NCBI RefSeq assembly: GCF_001194135.2
Contig: NC_068994.1
Location: forward strand, 18,393,962-18,457,961
Direction of reading: 5' to 3'
Length of the DNA stretch: 64,000 nt
Source: Octopus bimaculoides
Taxonomy: Eukaryota
Shown here: positions 10,133 to 22,954 of the stretch, piece after piece
Numbering within the stretch: the stretch's first letter is position 1
Layout of the letters: each line of letters starts with the position of its first letter
The notes under the pieces: model-generated
Told to the model about the DNA's origin: nothing
Seen by the model: the letters and a program-made list of their open reading frames with translations, nothing else
The model's database searches: none
Made by a program: the position numbers and the translations under genes

Positions 10133-12727
10133 CTGCAAGGATCAGTATGTGTCCATTTGGCCAAACATTTTTGTGCATCTTGGTTTTGTTTTTTTGTACA
10201 AACTTAAAATCTTTTTTTTTTTTTTTGGTTTTGTTTTGCTTTGTTCTTTTCTAAAGGTATCCTTTATTTTTCTTTTCTTTCTTTTTTGTTTGTGAAAATG
10301 TTGGCTGAGGGAAAGATAGGAATTACTTCAAGTAGAGAAGTAGCTAATGTAGCTGAATAACAAAAGTTATTAGTAAAGTGTATAGGGGGCAAAGAATCAG
10401 CAAGGATGTACAAAGGAGAAGAAAGCAGGTCATTTAAAAATAACTGCAAAAAATATGTATAATGGGCAATATAGTGAGTTACATAGCTTTCCACACACTA
10501 CAATATTTTTATAGAAAAATGAGCATTAAGTCTACTTGTGCATTTCATATTTCTTACTTCTCTTTCTTTAACTCCTGTATTTTCTCAGGTAACAATGAAT
10601 GAAACGAGAGAGAGAAAGAGAGAGAGAGAGAGCACGCAAGAAAGAGATAGAAGGGGGAAGGTTGGGATGAGGATAAGAGATATTACATATACGAGTTATT
10701 GGTTTGGATCCACAGATTGATGTCAAGATTATATTTTGGCTCTGGTGTAATATATTTGCCAGTAATTATATCTAAGCAAACAATCTAAATTGGTGTATAT
10801 ATTGAGGTGGTGTACTTAGCTGTATACACACACACCTTAGGCTATTTACATAAGAAGTTATATCAAGAACATGTGCAGGATGGAATGCTGGTTGTCTATA
10901 AGAAATTAGGAAGTAAGCTTATCCAGAGAAAAATTTCCTGGAAAGCAAAACCAAAAAAACCCCAAACTAACTGTAAACTATCAACGACTATCATCTTATG
11001 TTCTGAGTTGAAGCCAAGCATTAACTCTAATATTTCAAAGAAAATATACATGTATCTCATATAGGAACTCTTTGAAAAACGTTTGCCATTAATATGTAGG
11101 ATATAATCACAGATATCAACTGAAGAAGTAAATCGTTGTTTTAACCGTACAACACGTATATAATACACATATATAGTACATAACATGAACACACACACAT
11201 GTATATAACTAATTCATTTCATCACAAACAATTGATATCTCGCCGAGAACATCAATATTTTACTTTTGAATAACGATATTTCGGTACGTCTGCTGAAATG
11301 AACTATTTGCTAAATGTTTTTAAAATTACATTTTTGAAAGCAGTTTAAATATAATTAGATTTTCCTTCTAATACAGTAATATAGTTCAAGGTAAAGTAAT
11401 CCCTGAAGTTACTTATCGGACCAATTAAAGTTGTGTCCCTTGAATACAAAAAAAAAAAAGACTGTGAGAAAGAATGGTTAGTAACTTTCGTAAAAAGTAT
11501 CAATAATTTCAAATAACAATGAATTAATCTACTTAATTTATAGATTCCAAATTTTGTCCCTGATTATTCTTTGAACGTGCTAATATTTCTGTAGCCTACA
11601 AAAGCAACTAAGTCGTAGTATTTCTTTTATAGTATTTTGTTTTCTTTATATTTACTCATCAGAAATTAACTTAATCTTCGTTATTTATAAATATTTTCTT
11701 CTAAATTTCATTGATTAATTCTAGATCTATTTTTAAACTGATGTTATTCTATTAACAATCACTCATTTAATCTAAAATATATATGATAATCGTCAAACAA
11801 GAGTTTTATAAGCTAAATTTTTTTTCCTAAAATTGATTTTTGTTGCACATCATTGCCAATAATACCTGCTCAGTATTTATTTTTACATATTCAAATCAAA
11901 TAACCGACTACTAACTTTGTCATTCATCAATCAGGGAAACCTACAGAGCTAATTGCTTTACTCTGTCTTGTTCTTCATATTTAGTTGTCACACCTCAGTG
12001 TTTAGATATCCCAAATTTATTTGCTTAAGCGGAAGTTATCTCCCTTTGCACCTAACCAGCTGCTTTCTGGACTGATTTTAAAGTACGTCTGCTTTTTCCT
12101 GCAGGGTATGTTATAAATTAAATGGCTGAAGATCTTTTCCTCGTATATCACACAATTCAATGTATCCAGAACTGAGATTCTTATGGCCTTGAGGGGCCCT
12201 ATAAGATTTTATTGCTAAAATTTGTGCAATAAATTGGTTTTACGTCTTACAATACACAAACTGTTTTAACAATTTTTTTTTATACAATTCCAAAATAATA
12301 TTTAATTATTAATATATAATAGGATTTTTTAAAACATCAAATAGCTATGAGGGTCTACCTAAGTAAAATAGGAATCAAAAGGGTTCATAGGCAAAGAAAA
12401 GTTTCAGAACCGTTGCTCTATGTGGCCCATTGACCTGCAAGAAATAACCAGTTCTATCTAAGGTTGACTCAGGGCTAAACACCAATGACCACAAAATAAG
12501 GGTATCTCTTTCTTTTATAATTAGTCTAAAGGAAATAGACTTGCTAGTAATGCTTCCTTGGTAAACCAAAGACTTTTAGAATGACTCTTCTAAGTTCAAG
12601 TTTATTTTATATTATTAGTAAAAATAAAAACCATATGTATTAATCATTAAAACATGGTTAAATGTACAATATTCTACTAAGTAGTAAAATATGTTTTGGA
12701 GTAAGGTACAATGAGAAAGCAGCCAAA

Positions 12728-13190
12728 CATCATCATTATCATATAACATCTGTTTTCCATGCTGACATCAGTTAGATGGTTTGACAGGAGCTGGCAAGCT
12801 GAAGAGCTGCCCTGGCTCCATGTCTGATTTGGTTGGATGCGCTTTCTAATGGGTACTTTTAGGTGGAACCAGCATTGGTACTTTTTACGTGGCACCAACA
12901 CCCATGAGCCTGCAAGATTTAAGAACACTCAGCTGAAGAAGGGTGCAAGGGATAGCCTGTATGCAAGGACAACAGGATTTTACTTAGCTTGACAGATCTT
13001 CTCACAGCAAACTACCACAAATCTTGGTCCCTTGTGATCCCCAGCGTCTGAAGATCCTTTCTCACCACTTCATCCCACGTCTTCCTGGGTCTACCCCTTC
13101 CACATGTTCCCTCCACAATTAGAGATTATCACTACTTGATGCAGCAGTCCTCATCCATTACATGACCGTACCAGCACAATCTGCTCTTGG
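12728..13190 (-). mobile_element. RTE LINE 3' end, same subfamily as 2615-3223
   Basis: Reverse complement matches the 2760-2985 coding end (GGGTAGACCCAGGAAGACGTGGGATGAAGTGGTGAGAAAG); tail at the left. Confidence 0.7.
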
Positions 13191-13256
13191 TCAGGTAATG
13201 TAAATGGATGGCAGCTAGTTGAGTTGATAAACTAACAAACTACTAACCATAGGTTA

Positions 13257-13487
13257 TTAACCCATTTGATACCACTCCACCCCTGAGACAACCCTTGGTT
13301 CTATGATACAAAATCCTTATTTTAAAGTGATCTAAATTAAAATCTTTCAGCAAAATTTTATGTTAATTTATGTTCTAAACACAAGTTTAATAATGACAAA
13401 GTTATTTTACTAAATTCTTCATTATTTTCAAAATTAATTGAAACAAAAGTAGTGTATTTTAACAGAAATATATCAGCAAAAGGTTTA
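13257..13487. mobile_element. Second piggyBac-like MITE family (TTAACCC.TTTGATACC TIR)
   Basis: TTAACCCATTTGATACC...ATATCAGCAAAAGGTTTA; related fragments near 3225-3270, 6990-7120 and 16880-17030. Confidence 0.55.
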
Positions 13488-13642
13488 CTCAATGTGCCCT
13501 ATGCAGGTATTGTTTTGTTTTTTTTTTCTTTTAATTTCTTTAATTTCTTGAAATAACAAACATACAATTTAAGTCTTGCTGTGAAAAGTAGATAAAATGG
13601 TTACATGAAAATTTTTATCTTTTTGTGAGAGAAAAAATGGAA

Positions 13643-13689
13643 TCAATCTGACAAGTTTCTAGTCTTGTTGGATCTTCATCAGAGAAAGA
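13643..13689 (-). ncRNA. Possible degenerate hammerhead ribozyme
   Basis: TCT CTGATGA agatccaacaagacta GAAAC TT GTC AGA: core motifs, minimal stem III, GUC triplet and 3-bp stem I are present, but stem II pairs poorly. Confidence 0.25.
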
Positions 13690-14074
13690 ATACTTTTCTT
13701 ATGTCCATGAAGTGATTAATACTTTAGCATTTAATCCAGCGATATCTGGCCCATATATTCTCCATGTTTCATGTTAAAAGTGACCAGATTTAAACTCTCA
13801 CACCTACCCTACAATACCAGGAACTTTTCCACTCCCCTTCGTGTATATATATATATATATATATATTATATAGCAAAGGAAAGGGGAGCTGGGAATCCAA
13901 GTAGTTATTACCTCAGTCAGCACTCCTAGGTTTTTTGTGATATAACCAATGTTACAAAATCATTGTGCATATTCACAATTTCCAACTTGCTAAATGATTT
14001 ATTTAACCTATGTGTTGTCGAAACAGCTGTAACCAAAGGACAAATATGGTACCTGTACATCCATTCTTCACTTG

Positions 14075-14112
<38 letters not shown>

Positions 14113-15099
14113 GAGTGTGTATGAGTGTATGTGTATGCATCTATATGTGAATGTGTGCATGCATGTGAATATATGCTTAATAGGCTTGTAAGGAGTTTAT
14201 TTACCCCTTACAAGCCCATTAATATTGTTATATGCTATTCTATGTATCATAGAATACTTTATGGCTTTGAAAAATCAAAAAAATATATAGATGAAATGTG
14301 TACAGACTAATTCTAGAAATAACTGTAAGCTACTAATCTCCCCATGGGCACAAGGAGAACATTCCTTCTCTCTAATCTGATTGTTTACGTTTCATAATAA
14401 GGCTAAAATTATATCATCATCACCATCATAGTTTTGATGTGTGTTTTCCTATGCTGACATTGGTAAAAGAGAATTCAATGAGTCAGATTTTCTATGGCTG
14501 GGGTGCCCTTTCTGTTGCTAACACACACATGCTTCCAGGCAAAGCAGTATTTATCCATGACCAGACATGTTTTCATGGAAGATGAGAAGGTGCATATGCT
14601 TGCACATACACGCTTTTACACACACACAAACAAATGTGCATGATGGACTTGTTTTGGATTCCATCTACCAAATCCACCCATGATGCTTTGGTCAGTCCTG
14701 GGCTATAGTAGAAGGCATTTGCCCAAGGTGCCACTTGGTTGGGAAGCAAATACATTAACTACACAGCAGTATCTGCACCTATATGGGTATTAAAAAAAAT
14801 GATATACCTTACATACCCATAGGATATATTGTTTATTTCATAATTCAGGTGCTGTGCAGAGTTTTTTTCCAGTGCTGGAGAGGAATGTTCTCTGTCCGGA
14901 AAGATTCATGCAAGCAAGGCTGTGTGGTTAAAAAAACTCCCTTTACTGCTACATGGTTTCAGGTTCAATCTTACTGCAAGGAACCTTAGCCAAGTCTCTT
15001 CTACTCGGGCCTCAGGCTGAGCAATGCTGTGTGAGTGAATTTGACAAACAGAAACTGTGTGGAATCCTATTGTACATGTGTGTGTACACACACACACAT

Positions 15100-15420
15100 A
15101 GATGCAGGTGTGGCTGTGTGGTAAGAAATTTGCTTTCCAACCACATGGTTCTGGGTCCAATCCCACTGCATGGCACCTTGGGCAGGTGTCTTTTACTATA
15201 GTCTCAGGTTGACCAAAACCTTGCAAGTGGGTTTGGTAGGCAGAAACTAAAAGAAACCTGATATGTGTATGTGTGTGAGTGTGTGTTTTTTTGCGTGTCT
15301 CCCACCATTGCTTGACAACTGGTGCTAGTTTGATTACCTCCTCATAACTTTGTAGCTTGGCAAAAGAGACAAACAGAATAAGTAGACACTTAAAAATAAG
15401 CATTGGAGTCAATTTGTTCA
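15100..15420 (+). mobile_element. SINE family A (diverged); further partial heads at 14640-14780 (-) and 14905-15070 (+)
   Basis: GGTGTGGCTGTGTGGTAAG..CACCTTGGGCAGGTGTC..GTGGGTTTGGTAG. Confidence 0.8.
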
Positions 15421-16514
15421 GATGAGAGATATGTTATGTTTATGCATTTGTTTTGCAAGATTCTTGATGTGAAATCATGAGTTGAAACAGATATTGTTAT
15501 ATTTGGGGATGGTCATATTTTTGACAATTAAACACATGCACTATATACTTGGTCTTTACTACAGCTTTATTATTATTCTTATTTTAGCGTCCTTTGTCTG
15601 AAACAGGAGGAGACACATGTGATGGAGAGTCACTGAAGAGGTCACAGGATGTGTGATGGAAGATTTCAGAAAAAGGACATTAAAAAAATAATAATAATAA
15701 TAATAAAGCTGAAGTGAAGACCAAGTACATAGTGCATGTGTTTAATTGACAAAAATTGACCATCCCCAAATATTAGAAGATATATTTTACATCAGTAACA
15801 TAACCAATGGAATTAGTGACTTGTAGATTTCTGGAAAACTAGCTTTGCCGCTTCAAGAACAGAATGAAGAAGATTAACACTTAAAAACATAATCTTGCAA
15901 CTTCACCATTGTTTTAAATTTTGGCATGCTAAATAACAGAAATGCTTTTATACAATGCCAAGATGTAATTTTGGACTCTATTCAAAGTTTAAAACCAAAT
16001 GTTATTCAAAATTTAAAAAATAAAAATTCATAATCAAATTACATGCTTCAAGAAAGATGTAATGCATGATAAAGCTATTTTCATAATACAGTTTCAGAGC
16101 ACAACAATTCTTCGCATGAATGGTTAGTTCAGCATTGTGTTGTATCCATAAATACTTCACTGATAGGCATTATACATACAATAGAAATGAAAATTCAACA
16201 GTTCAGGTCATTAGACATGAACTGCCAGGAGGTAATAATGAAGAAATCAGTGAAATGTCTTCATATTTTCTCACTTCTAAAGAATCATTCATTCAATGTT
16301 ATAGTTGAATGATTTTTAATGAGGTGATCTCTACATGAAAGGTGGATAAGGAGTTTGTTGAGGGAGATTTTGTTTGTACAGTGCGTAGGTAAATTAACTG
16401 CTGTGCAGAAGCTGCCCATATTGCAGTTTTATCCCTTTGTTACTATATTTCTGTTGAAATATATGGCCTTTGTTTCAGTTAATTTCAAAAATGACAAAGA
16501 ATTTATCTCTCAGC

Positions 16515-16867
16515 TTTTGTCTTTTTCAGTCATTAGACTGAGGCCATGCAGGGGCACCACCTCGAGGAATTTTAGTCGAATGAATCAACCCCAGTACTTA
16601 TTCTATTGATAACTTCTGCTGAACTGCTAAGTTATGGGGACATAAACATACCAACACTAGTTGTCAAGCAGTATGTGTGTGTGTGTGTGTGAAATACACA
16701 CACACGATGGGCTTCTTTCATTTACTGTCTACCAGATCCACTCACAAGGCTTTGGTCGGCCTGAATCTATTGTAGAAGACACTTGTCCAAGGTGCCATGC
16801 AGTGATACTGAACCCGGAACCATGTGGTTGGGAAGCAAACTTCTTACCACACAGCCATGCCTGCACT
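16515..16867 (-). mobile_element. SINE family A
   Basis: Full reverse copy, inverted relative to the 15100 and 20420 copies. Confidence 0.85.
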
Positions 16868-17137
16868 TACAGTAAAATAATTTGTTATTATTAAGCTGGT
16901 ATTTGGAACATAAATTAGTATGGAATTCTGATGGAAGTTTTTAATTTAGATTATATTAATACAAGAAATTTGTATCATGGAAATGGAACTGAGGAATAGT
17001 CTCAGATAGGTTGGTATCTTGGTACCAAAAGCCATCATGTAACTCTTTTGTTAAATGATGATTTTACAAGCTAATAAAGTCAATTAACTTACGAGAAATA
17101 ACAACCAAATCTCTATTAAATCACACCCTGCTGAGAT

Positions 17138-17468
17138 CCCCTTTGGTAATGACTGACCATGGGATTGCACCTAGAAAATTACCCTCCCAGGCACAAGTCC
17201 AGGCAAGGTTGTTTATAGAAGACCAGCAGTCGCCCATGCATACCAGCCTCCCCTCTCCACACCACCGATGTTATCCAAGGGAAAGGCAAAGGCTGATACA
17301 GCTTGGCACCTGTGACGTCGCAACTCATTTCTACAGCTGAGTGAACTGGAGCAACGTGAAATAAAGTGTCTTGCTCAAGAACACAACACGCAGCCCGGTC
17401 TGGGAGTCAAACTCACAACCTCACGATCGTAAGGTTGACGCTCTAACCACTGAGCCATGCGTCTTCAC
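17138..17468 (-). mobile_element. Full-length tRNA-derived SINE (family D)
   Basis: Minus strand begins GTGAAGACGCATGGCTCAGTGGTTAGAGCGTC..GAGTTTGACTCCC, followed by the CORE-like TTGTGTTCTTGAGCAAGACACTTTATTTCAC. An internally deleted copy lies at 4183-4432. Confidence 0.85.
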
Positions 17469-17682
17469 ACCCAACAGCCTATGTGTATATAAAAAAGGGT
17501 ACAGTAAATATAGTCCTAGATACATTATGTCAAAAAAACATGCAATAGTCATGACATAACCCTTTAACATTCAGATTACACTGTCAAATGTAATGCTTAT
17601 TTATTCACAGTTTGCTGGAGGCCAAACAACAACTGATGGTTTTAATGATATTTTATTTCATTAATTAACTGGATAGTATTTA

Positions 17683-19128
17683 CCGTAAAAACCCATGTAA
17701 TTTGTGCACCTGTGTAATTTATGAAGGTGATTTACAGGATAAAAATTGTTAAAAAAAGCTTCTACTCATGTAAAATTTGCACCCAAAAGTTTTCAGGATT
17801 GCTGATATGGCCAGAGGGAAGAGGTTTCCAATTTAGTTGTATTTAGCATAATTTCACTTACTTATGATTAAATTTTATTAAATTTTCATTAAATAAAAAT
17901 AATTTCTGTTTAGCAGGTATCACATTTACAGCTATTAGATTACAAAGTATTTGTGTTGTCTATAAAATTGGTTTTGTGGGACTGACACATGTCAGTCCAT
18001 TTTATTCGCTTGGTATACCCTCCTTCTCCTCCTTTATGAGACTGACAGTGTCTGTCCCTTTAGCCCCTTGATATACCCTCCTCCTCCCTCGGCGTTAGCA
18101 TCCCAATAATAAAAATAAACGAAAAATATGACACTGATTGTGTGTGTTTGTGTGTGTATAACTGTATGAAATTGAGTGTATTTGTATGTGTACATAACTA
18201 TGAGACTGTGTGTGTTTGTATGTGTGTGCACACATGTACCTGTATGACACTGTGTATTTGTGTGTCTCTGCATAACGGGGATATACCGAAATATTATTTT
18301 CCAAATTGTGAGCATGTATTTATGATATAATGAAGGAAATTGTGACATGCCGTGCTCAGGTGCACTACAACTAAAAATAAAAAAACCATCAGGTGTACTG
18401 TTGGCAGATTTCAGAAAGCATGGAAGTTTCGAAGGAAGTAGTGTCTCAACAGCTAACAACTGATGCGGGTAGTTTATTCTATGCTTCAGCAATTCTGAGT
18501 GTGAAAAAAATGTTTCCAAAAGTCATGGGTGCTGTGTTGTATTTTGATTTTATAAGCATGTCCGCGAGTGTTTGTTTATAATAAACTTTATTTTACATTT
18601 ATTGCCCACAAGAGATTATGTCTGATCTTTAGCAGACTGCTGTATGTCTTCTCAAACCACAATCACAAGAAAAGTTGTTGATAAGAATTATCAACAAAAA
18701 CAAAGCTGATAAATATGCACAGGTGTTGCAAATTAAGGTTAATTACCAACAAATATCAACTTGGATGACATTTTACTTGACTAAGTAAAATATGGCCTAG
18801 ACCGTGATTACCAGCATGTACGTCAGACTTCAAAGAGTAGTTAACCATTTAATGGTTTGAGTAAATTTATACAGAAAATGTAAGCATTATACCATCCAGT
18901 ATAAATAAAATTCAACTTCATTATATTTAAGCCCTTATTTTTCCTGTAAAAACCTATTCTGACAGTAAATGAGTCAACTTCCAGTATGAATGTTTACATT
19001 TTGTATGTCTTTTTCCAACAAAAGAAATTTCTAAAGAAGTTCTGGAAATGATCTACTCATGTAATTTATGCACCTGCTAAAGTTTCTTTTTGTGAAAAAA
19101 AGTGCGCAAATTACATGGATTTTTATGG
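17683..19128 (+). mobile_element. Degenerate pogo/Tc2-like DNA transposon
   Basis: TA|CCGTAAAAACCCATGTAATTTGTGCAC at the left and its inverse GTGCGCAAATTACATGGATTTTTATGG|TA at the right. Internal repeats of CTACTCATGTAA(T)TT near both ends. A decayed KIKKPS..CWQISES..VSKEVV segment at ~18360-18450 resembles the pogo C-terminus. Confidence 0.55.
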
Positions 19129-20419
19129 TAATTAGACAACGCAATGTAGAGGATTTTAAATGAGAATTACACCATGGCAGTTGTCTGTATATTGCTGTGT
19201 TGGGTAAAAAGTTGTCAGTGAACTGAAGCCACAACCCAATTTTGTGGAGGCACATAGCTTAGTGGTCAGTTTCCAGTATTTTGTGATGTGTTTGACCATA
19301 GGGAAAAATGTTACCTTACTTGGAAACAGGTGAGAGCTGGCAACAAAAAGAGTATCTAGCAGTAAAAAATCTGCTTCACCAAATTCTTTCTGACCCATGC
19401 AAACATGATAAAAAAAAAAAAAATTAAAAAATGGACACTATAAAACAGCAATGGTAATGATTAGATCAACAGTAGGAGTGCTTGATTTTCTCAGCTCCGA
19501 AAGATGAAAGGTAAATTTGATCTTAGCTGCATTTGAATTGAGAACGTAAAGGTACATAACTAAATACTGAGAGGCTAACAACACTCTACTGATTTTACTG
19601 ATCCACCAGCCTCTGTTGGTTTCCTTAATAATAATACATCAATATTCCTAACTGGAATGACTGTTTCATATTAAAGCTTCATTTCTCCATTTTACAAACA
19701 ATTTTATGAATAGATAGATTTATGTTATAACCACACAGTGAATGCCTTTCATCTCCAATGCTATTATTATTCTGAGTATTATTTCTATTATGTTGAGGCT
19801 ACAGCATTGCTAAACTGGCTGTTTTCTGAGTTTATTTATATTATCTATTTCCATGATTATGATTACGAGTACGTGTGTGTTTTCAAAAGCAGAGATCATA
19901 GAAGTTGCTGTTTTGAGAGTATGATTTTAATTACAGGTAATGCATACAATTATAATAATTATAACATATTGCTAAGAGAAAAGATGAATATAATATGAAT
20001 CCAGACAAAAGCCAATATTCTGATTATTAAATTGAATTCACTTTTAGTTAACCAAAGACTGAATAGTGAATGCATGTATGTATTATAATCAAAACATATT
20101 TTGCTTTATCTTAAATGTAAACCACTGCTTCATTTCCAGTAAAATGCATGGAAAAATTGTCCTATAACTCATTAAAAGAATTTTCCTTCAGGATTTCCAA
20201 GAATAGTTATCTGTAGTAGTACTTCCAGTAGTAGTAGATATAAAATGGTTAGAAATGGTTAAACCAATGATAACAGAATTTACAATCAAAATATTTGGCA
20301 TTCGTCATATTTACATATTCCATGATAGACTGGCATCATATTTTGTGGCAAATTCTATTTCCCTTTATTTCTGCTGAGATTTGTGTAACTGTTAGAAGTC
20401 TTCCCATATCTATATACAT

Positions 20420-20808
20420 AGGCACAGGTATGACTGTGTGGTAAGAAACTTGCTTCCCAACTTCATGTTTCTGAGTTCAGTCCTACTGCATGGCACTTTG
20501 AGTGTCTTCTACTATAGCCTTGGATTGACCAATACCTTGTGAGTGGATTAGGTAGATGGAAACTGAAAGAAGCCTGTCATATGTGTGTGTGTGTGTGTGT
20601 GATCGTGTCTGTGTTTATTCCCCCATCACTACTAAACAATTGGAATTAGTGTATTTACATCTCTGTAACTTAGCAGTTTAGCAAAAGAGATTGATAAAAT
20701 AAGTACCAGGCTTAACAAAATATAAGTACTGGGATCAATTCATTCGACTGAAAATTCTTCAAGATGGTGCCCCAGCATGGCCACAGTCTAATAACAAGTT
20801 AAAGATAA
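20420..20808 (+). mobile_element. SINE family A
   Basis: Head, (TG)n linker and tail are all present. Confidence 0.85.
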
Positions 20809-21199
20809 ACACAGGTGCAGGTATGGCTGTGTGGTTAAGAAGTGTGCATCCCGTTCATATAGTCTTGTCATGGGATATGCAGAAGTAACAAATGGTAAAT
20901 AATAAGATAGAGAGACCAGTACATAATGGTTTACATTTGAAGTAGTTGCGAGTGTGTGTGTGCATGCAAGTGTGTGAATAAAATTATAGGTGGCTGGGTT
21001 AAGAAATTTGCTTCACAACTAGATAATTTCAGGTACAGTCTCTTGCTATGTAGCGCCTTGGGCAAGCAACTAGTACTGTATTTTTTGGAAGACAAACGCC
21101 TTGAGAGTGAAGCCTTCAGATGCACATATCTATCAATATATATATATATGTATGTGTGTGTGTGTGTGTGAGTGTGTGTATACAAGGGTTGCGAGCTGG

Positions 21200-21770
21200 T
21201 AGAATCATTGGCACATCAGTACCAGTTGTCAAGGATGGTGGGGAACAAACACAGATACAAAGACCCTCCCCCCACATATATACAATGGGCTTCTTTCAGT
21301 TTTCATCCAGCAAATCCACTCACAAGGCTTTGATTAACCTGAGGTTATAGTAGAAGACACTTGCCCAAGGTTCCATGCGGTGGGATTGAACCTGGAACTA
21401 TGTGGTTGGAAAGCAAGCTTCTTACCACAGCCTTGCTTGTGCCTATCATATTTTTTCTTTTACTTGTTTCAGTTATTTGACTGCAGCCATGCTGAAGCAC
21501 CACCTTTAGTTGAAAAAAAAACGACCCCAGGACATATTCTTTGTAAGCCTAGTACTTATTCTAATGGCCACTTTTGCCGAACCGCTAGTTTACAGGGACA
21601 TAAACATGCCAACATTAGTGTCAAGCAATGGTGGGGGACAAACACCGAGACACAAATACACACACATGACAGGCTTCTTTCAGTTTCCTAACATGCCATG
21701 CAGTGGGACTGCACCCAGAACCATGTGGCTGGGAAGCAAGCTTCTTACCACACAGCCACTCCTGCACCTA
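21200..21770 (-). mobile_element. Two tandem reverse SINE-A copies (~21200-21445 partial; ~21452-21770 internally deleted)
   Basis: Each ends in CTTACCACA(CA)GCC, the reverse of the head. Confidence 0.8.
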
Positions 21771-21812
21771 TCAATAATATTAATACACCAACTTGTTTTT
21801 GTACGCACGTAC

Positions 21813-21960
21813 CTGTGGTGTGTGTCACACTTCAAAGGAAGAAGTGAGTGACAAAGCGGGAGAGTGGAGGACAGAGAAGTGAGAGACATAGTGATTGGTG
21901 ATGGCATTTGTTTTGTGTTTTTAAATGTTTATCACATCGCAAGAAAAATAGATATATAGA
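21813..21960 (-). other. Candidate non-coding (5'UTR) exon
   Basis: Strong donor CACAG|GTACGT at 21813/21812 in unique sequence, downstream of a CT-rich tract. The phase-1 frame has a stop just upstream, so it is non-coding if real. 5' boundary is a guess. Confidence 0.2.
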
Positions 21961-22639
21961 TGCATACACACATTGTTAAATTAAAAGCGAGAGAGAGGAA
22001 GGACACAGAGGAAGAAAGAGAGGAAGTGAGAGAGACAGTAGATACATAGATCGAAAGAAAAGTTCATACATACATACATACATACATACATACAGAGACA
22101 CATTGTTAAATCAAAGACAACTACATAAAAAATTGGATGTCACTTTCACTTTTCATTACCACACCAGGATAAAATTAACTCACAAGTGGTTGAGTACTCC
22201 ACAGACATGCATACCATTAACATAGTTCTCAGGGAGATTCAGCCTCACACAGAATATGACAAGGCTGGCTGATTTGAATTACAGCTACAACTCATTTTGG
22301 CCAGCTGAGTGGACTGCAGCAAGATAAACCTTCAAGTGGTTGGAAGAAAATGATAAAAGATCCTATATAAGGGCGGGAAAATCTTTTTAGTTGTTAGAGT
22401 CACTATGGGTGTTAATCTGGTCCTAACAGTGGTATTTGTGGGTCTCAATATCTGGAGGCTAAGCCCCCAGATAAACACTGATGCACAGGCAGTTGTTATC
22501 AAACTGAGTGTGAGTCGAGGGCGAATACATGATGGAATAGCAATTATTTCGTCTTAGCTTTCACTGCTTATACTAAACACTTGACATTTTTGGTTTACAA
22601 TATGGAACATTTTCTTCTCCTTTCACTCTTTTTAAAAAC

Positions 22640-22954
22640 GGCACTCCGTCGGTTACGACAATGAGGTTCCTGTTTATCTCATCAACAGAACAGTTTGCTC
22701 ATAAAATTAACTCACAAGTGGTTGAGTACTCCACAGACATGCCTACCATAAGGTAGTTCTCAGGAAGATTCAGCCTCACACAGAATGTGACAAGGCTGGC
22801 CCCTTTGAATTACAGGTACAACTCATTTTTGCCAGCTGAATGGACTGTAGTAAGTAGAGTACCTTTCTCAAGAACACAGTGTGCCGCAGGGAATCGTACT
22901 CATGACTTTACAATCATGGGCTGAATACCCCTAACCGCTGAGTCACACACCTTC
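22640..22954 (-). mobile_element. SINE family E (D-like head, B-like tail)
   Basis: Tail GCACTCCGTCGGTTACGAC..GTACTCCACAGACATG is shared with family B; the head is D-like. A partial copy lies at ~22170-22322. Confidence 0.75.

Noticed and set aside
15633-15667. Hammerhead-like CTGAAGA-GGTCACA ggatg TGTGATG-GAAG on plus strand
   Set aside because: Stem II is good but GAAA is mutated and no stem I partner exists; at most a dead relic.
18034-18581. ORFs of 161, 69 and 62 aa
   Set aside because: Microsatellite-derived or inside the pogo-like element.
19156-19398. ORF starting MGQK, tempting as a myristoylated Neur N-terminus
   Set aside because: Derived from a repeat copy (same family as 41550-41735); no suitable donor.
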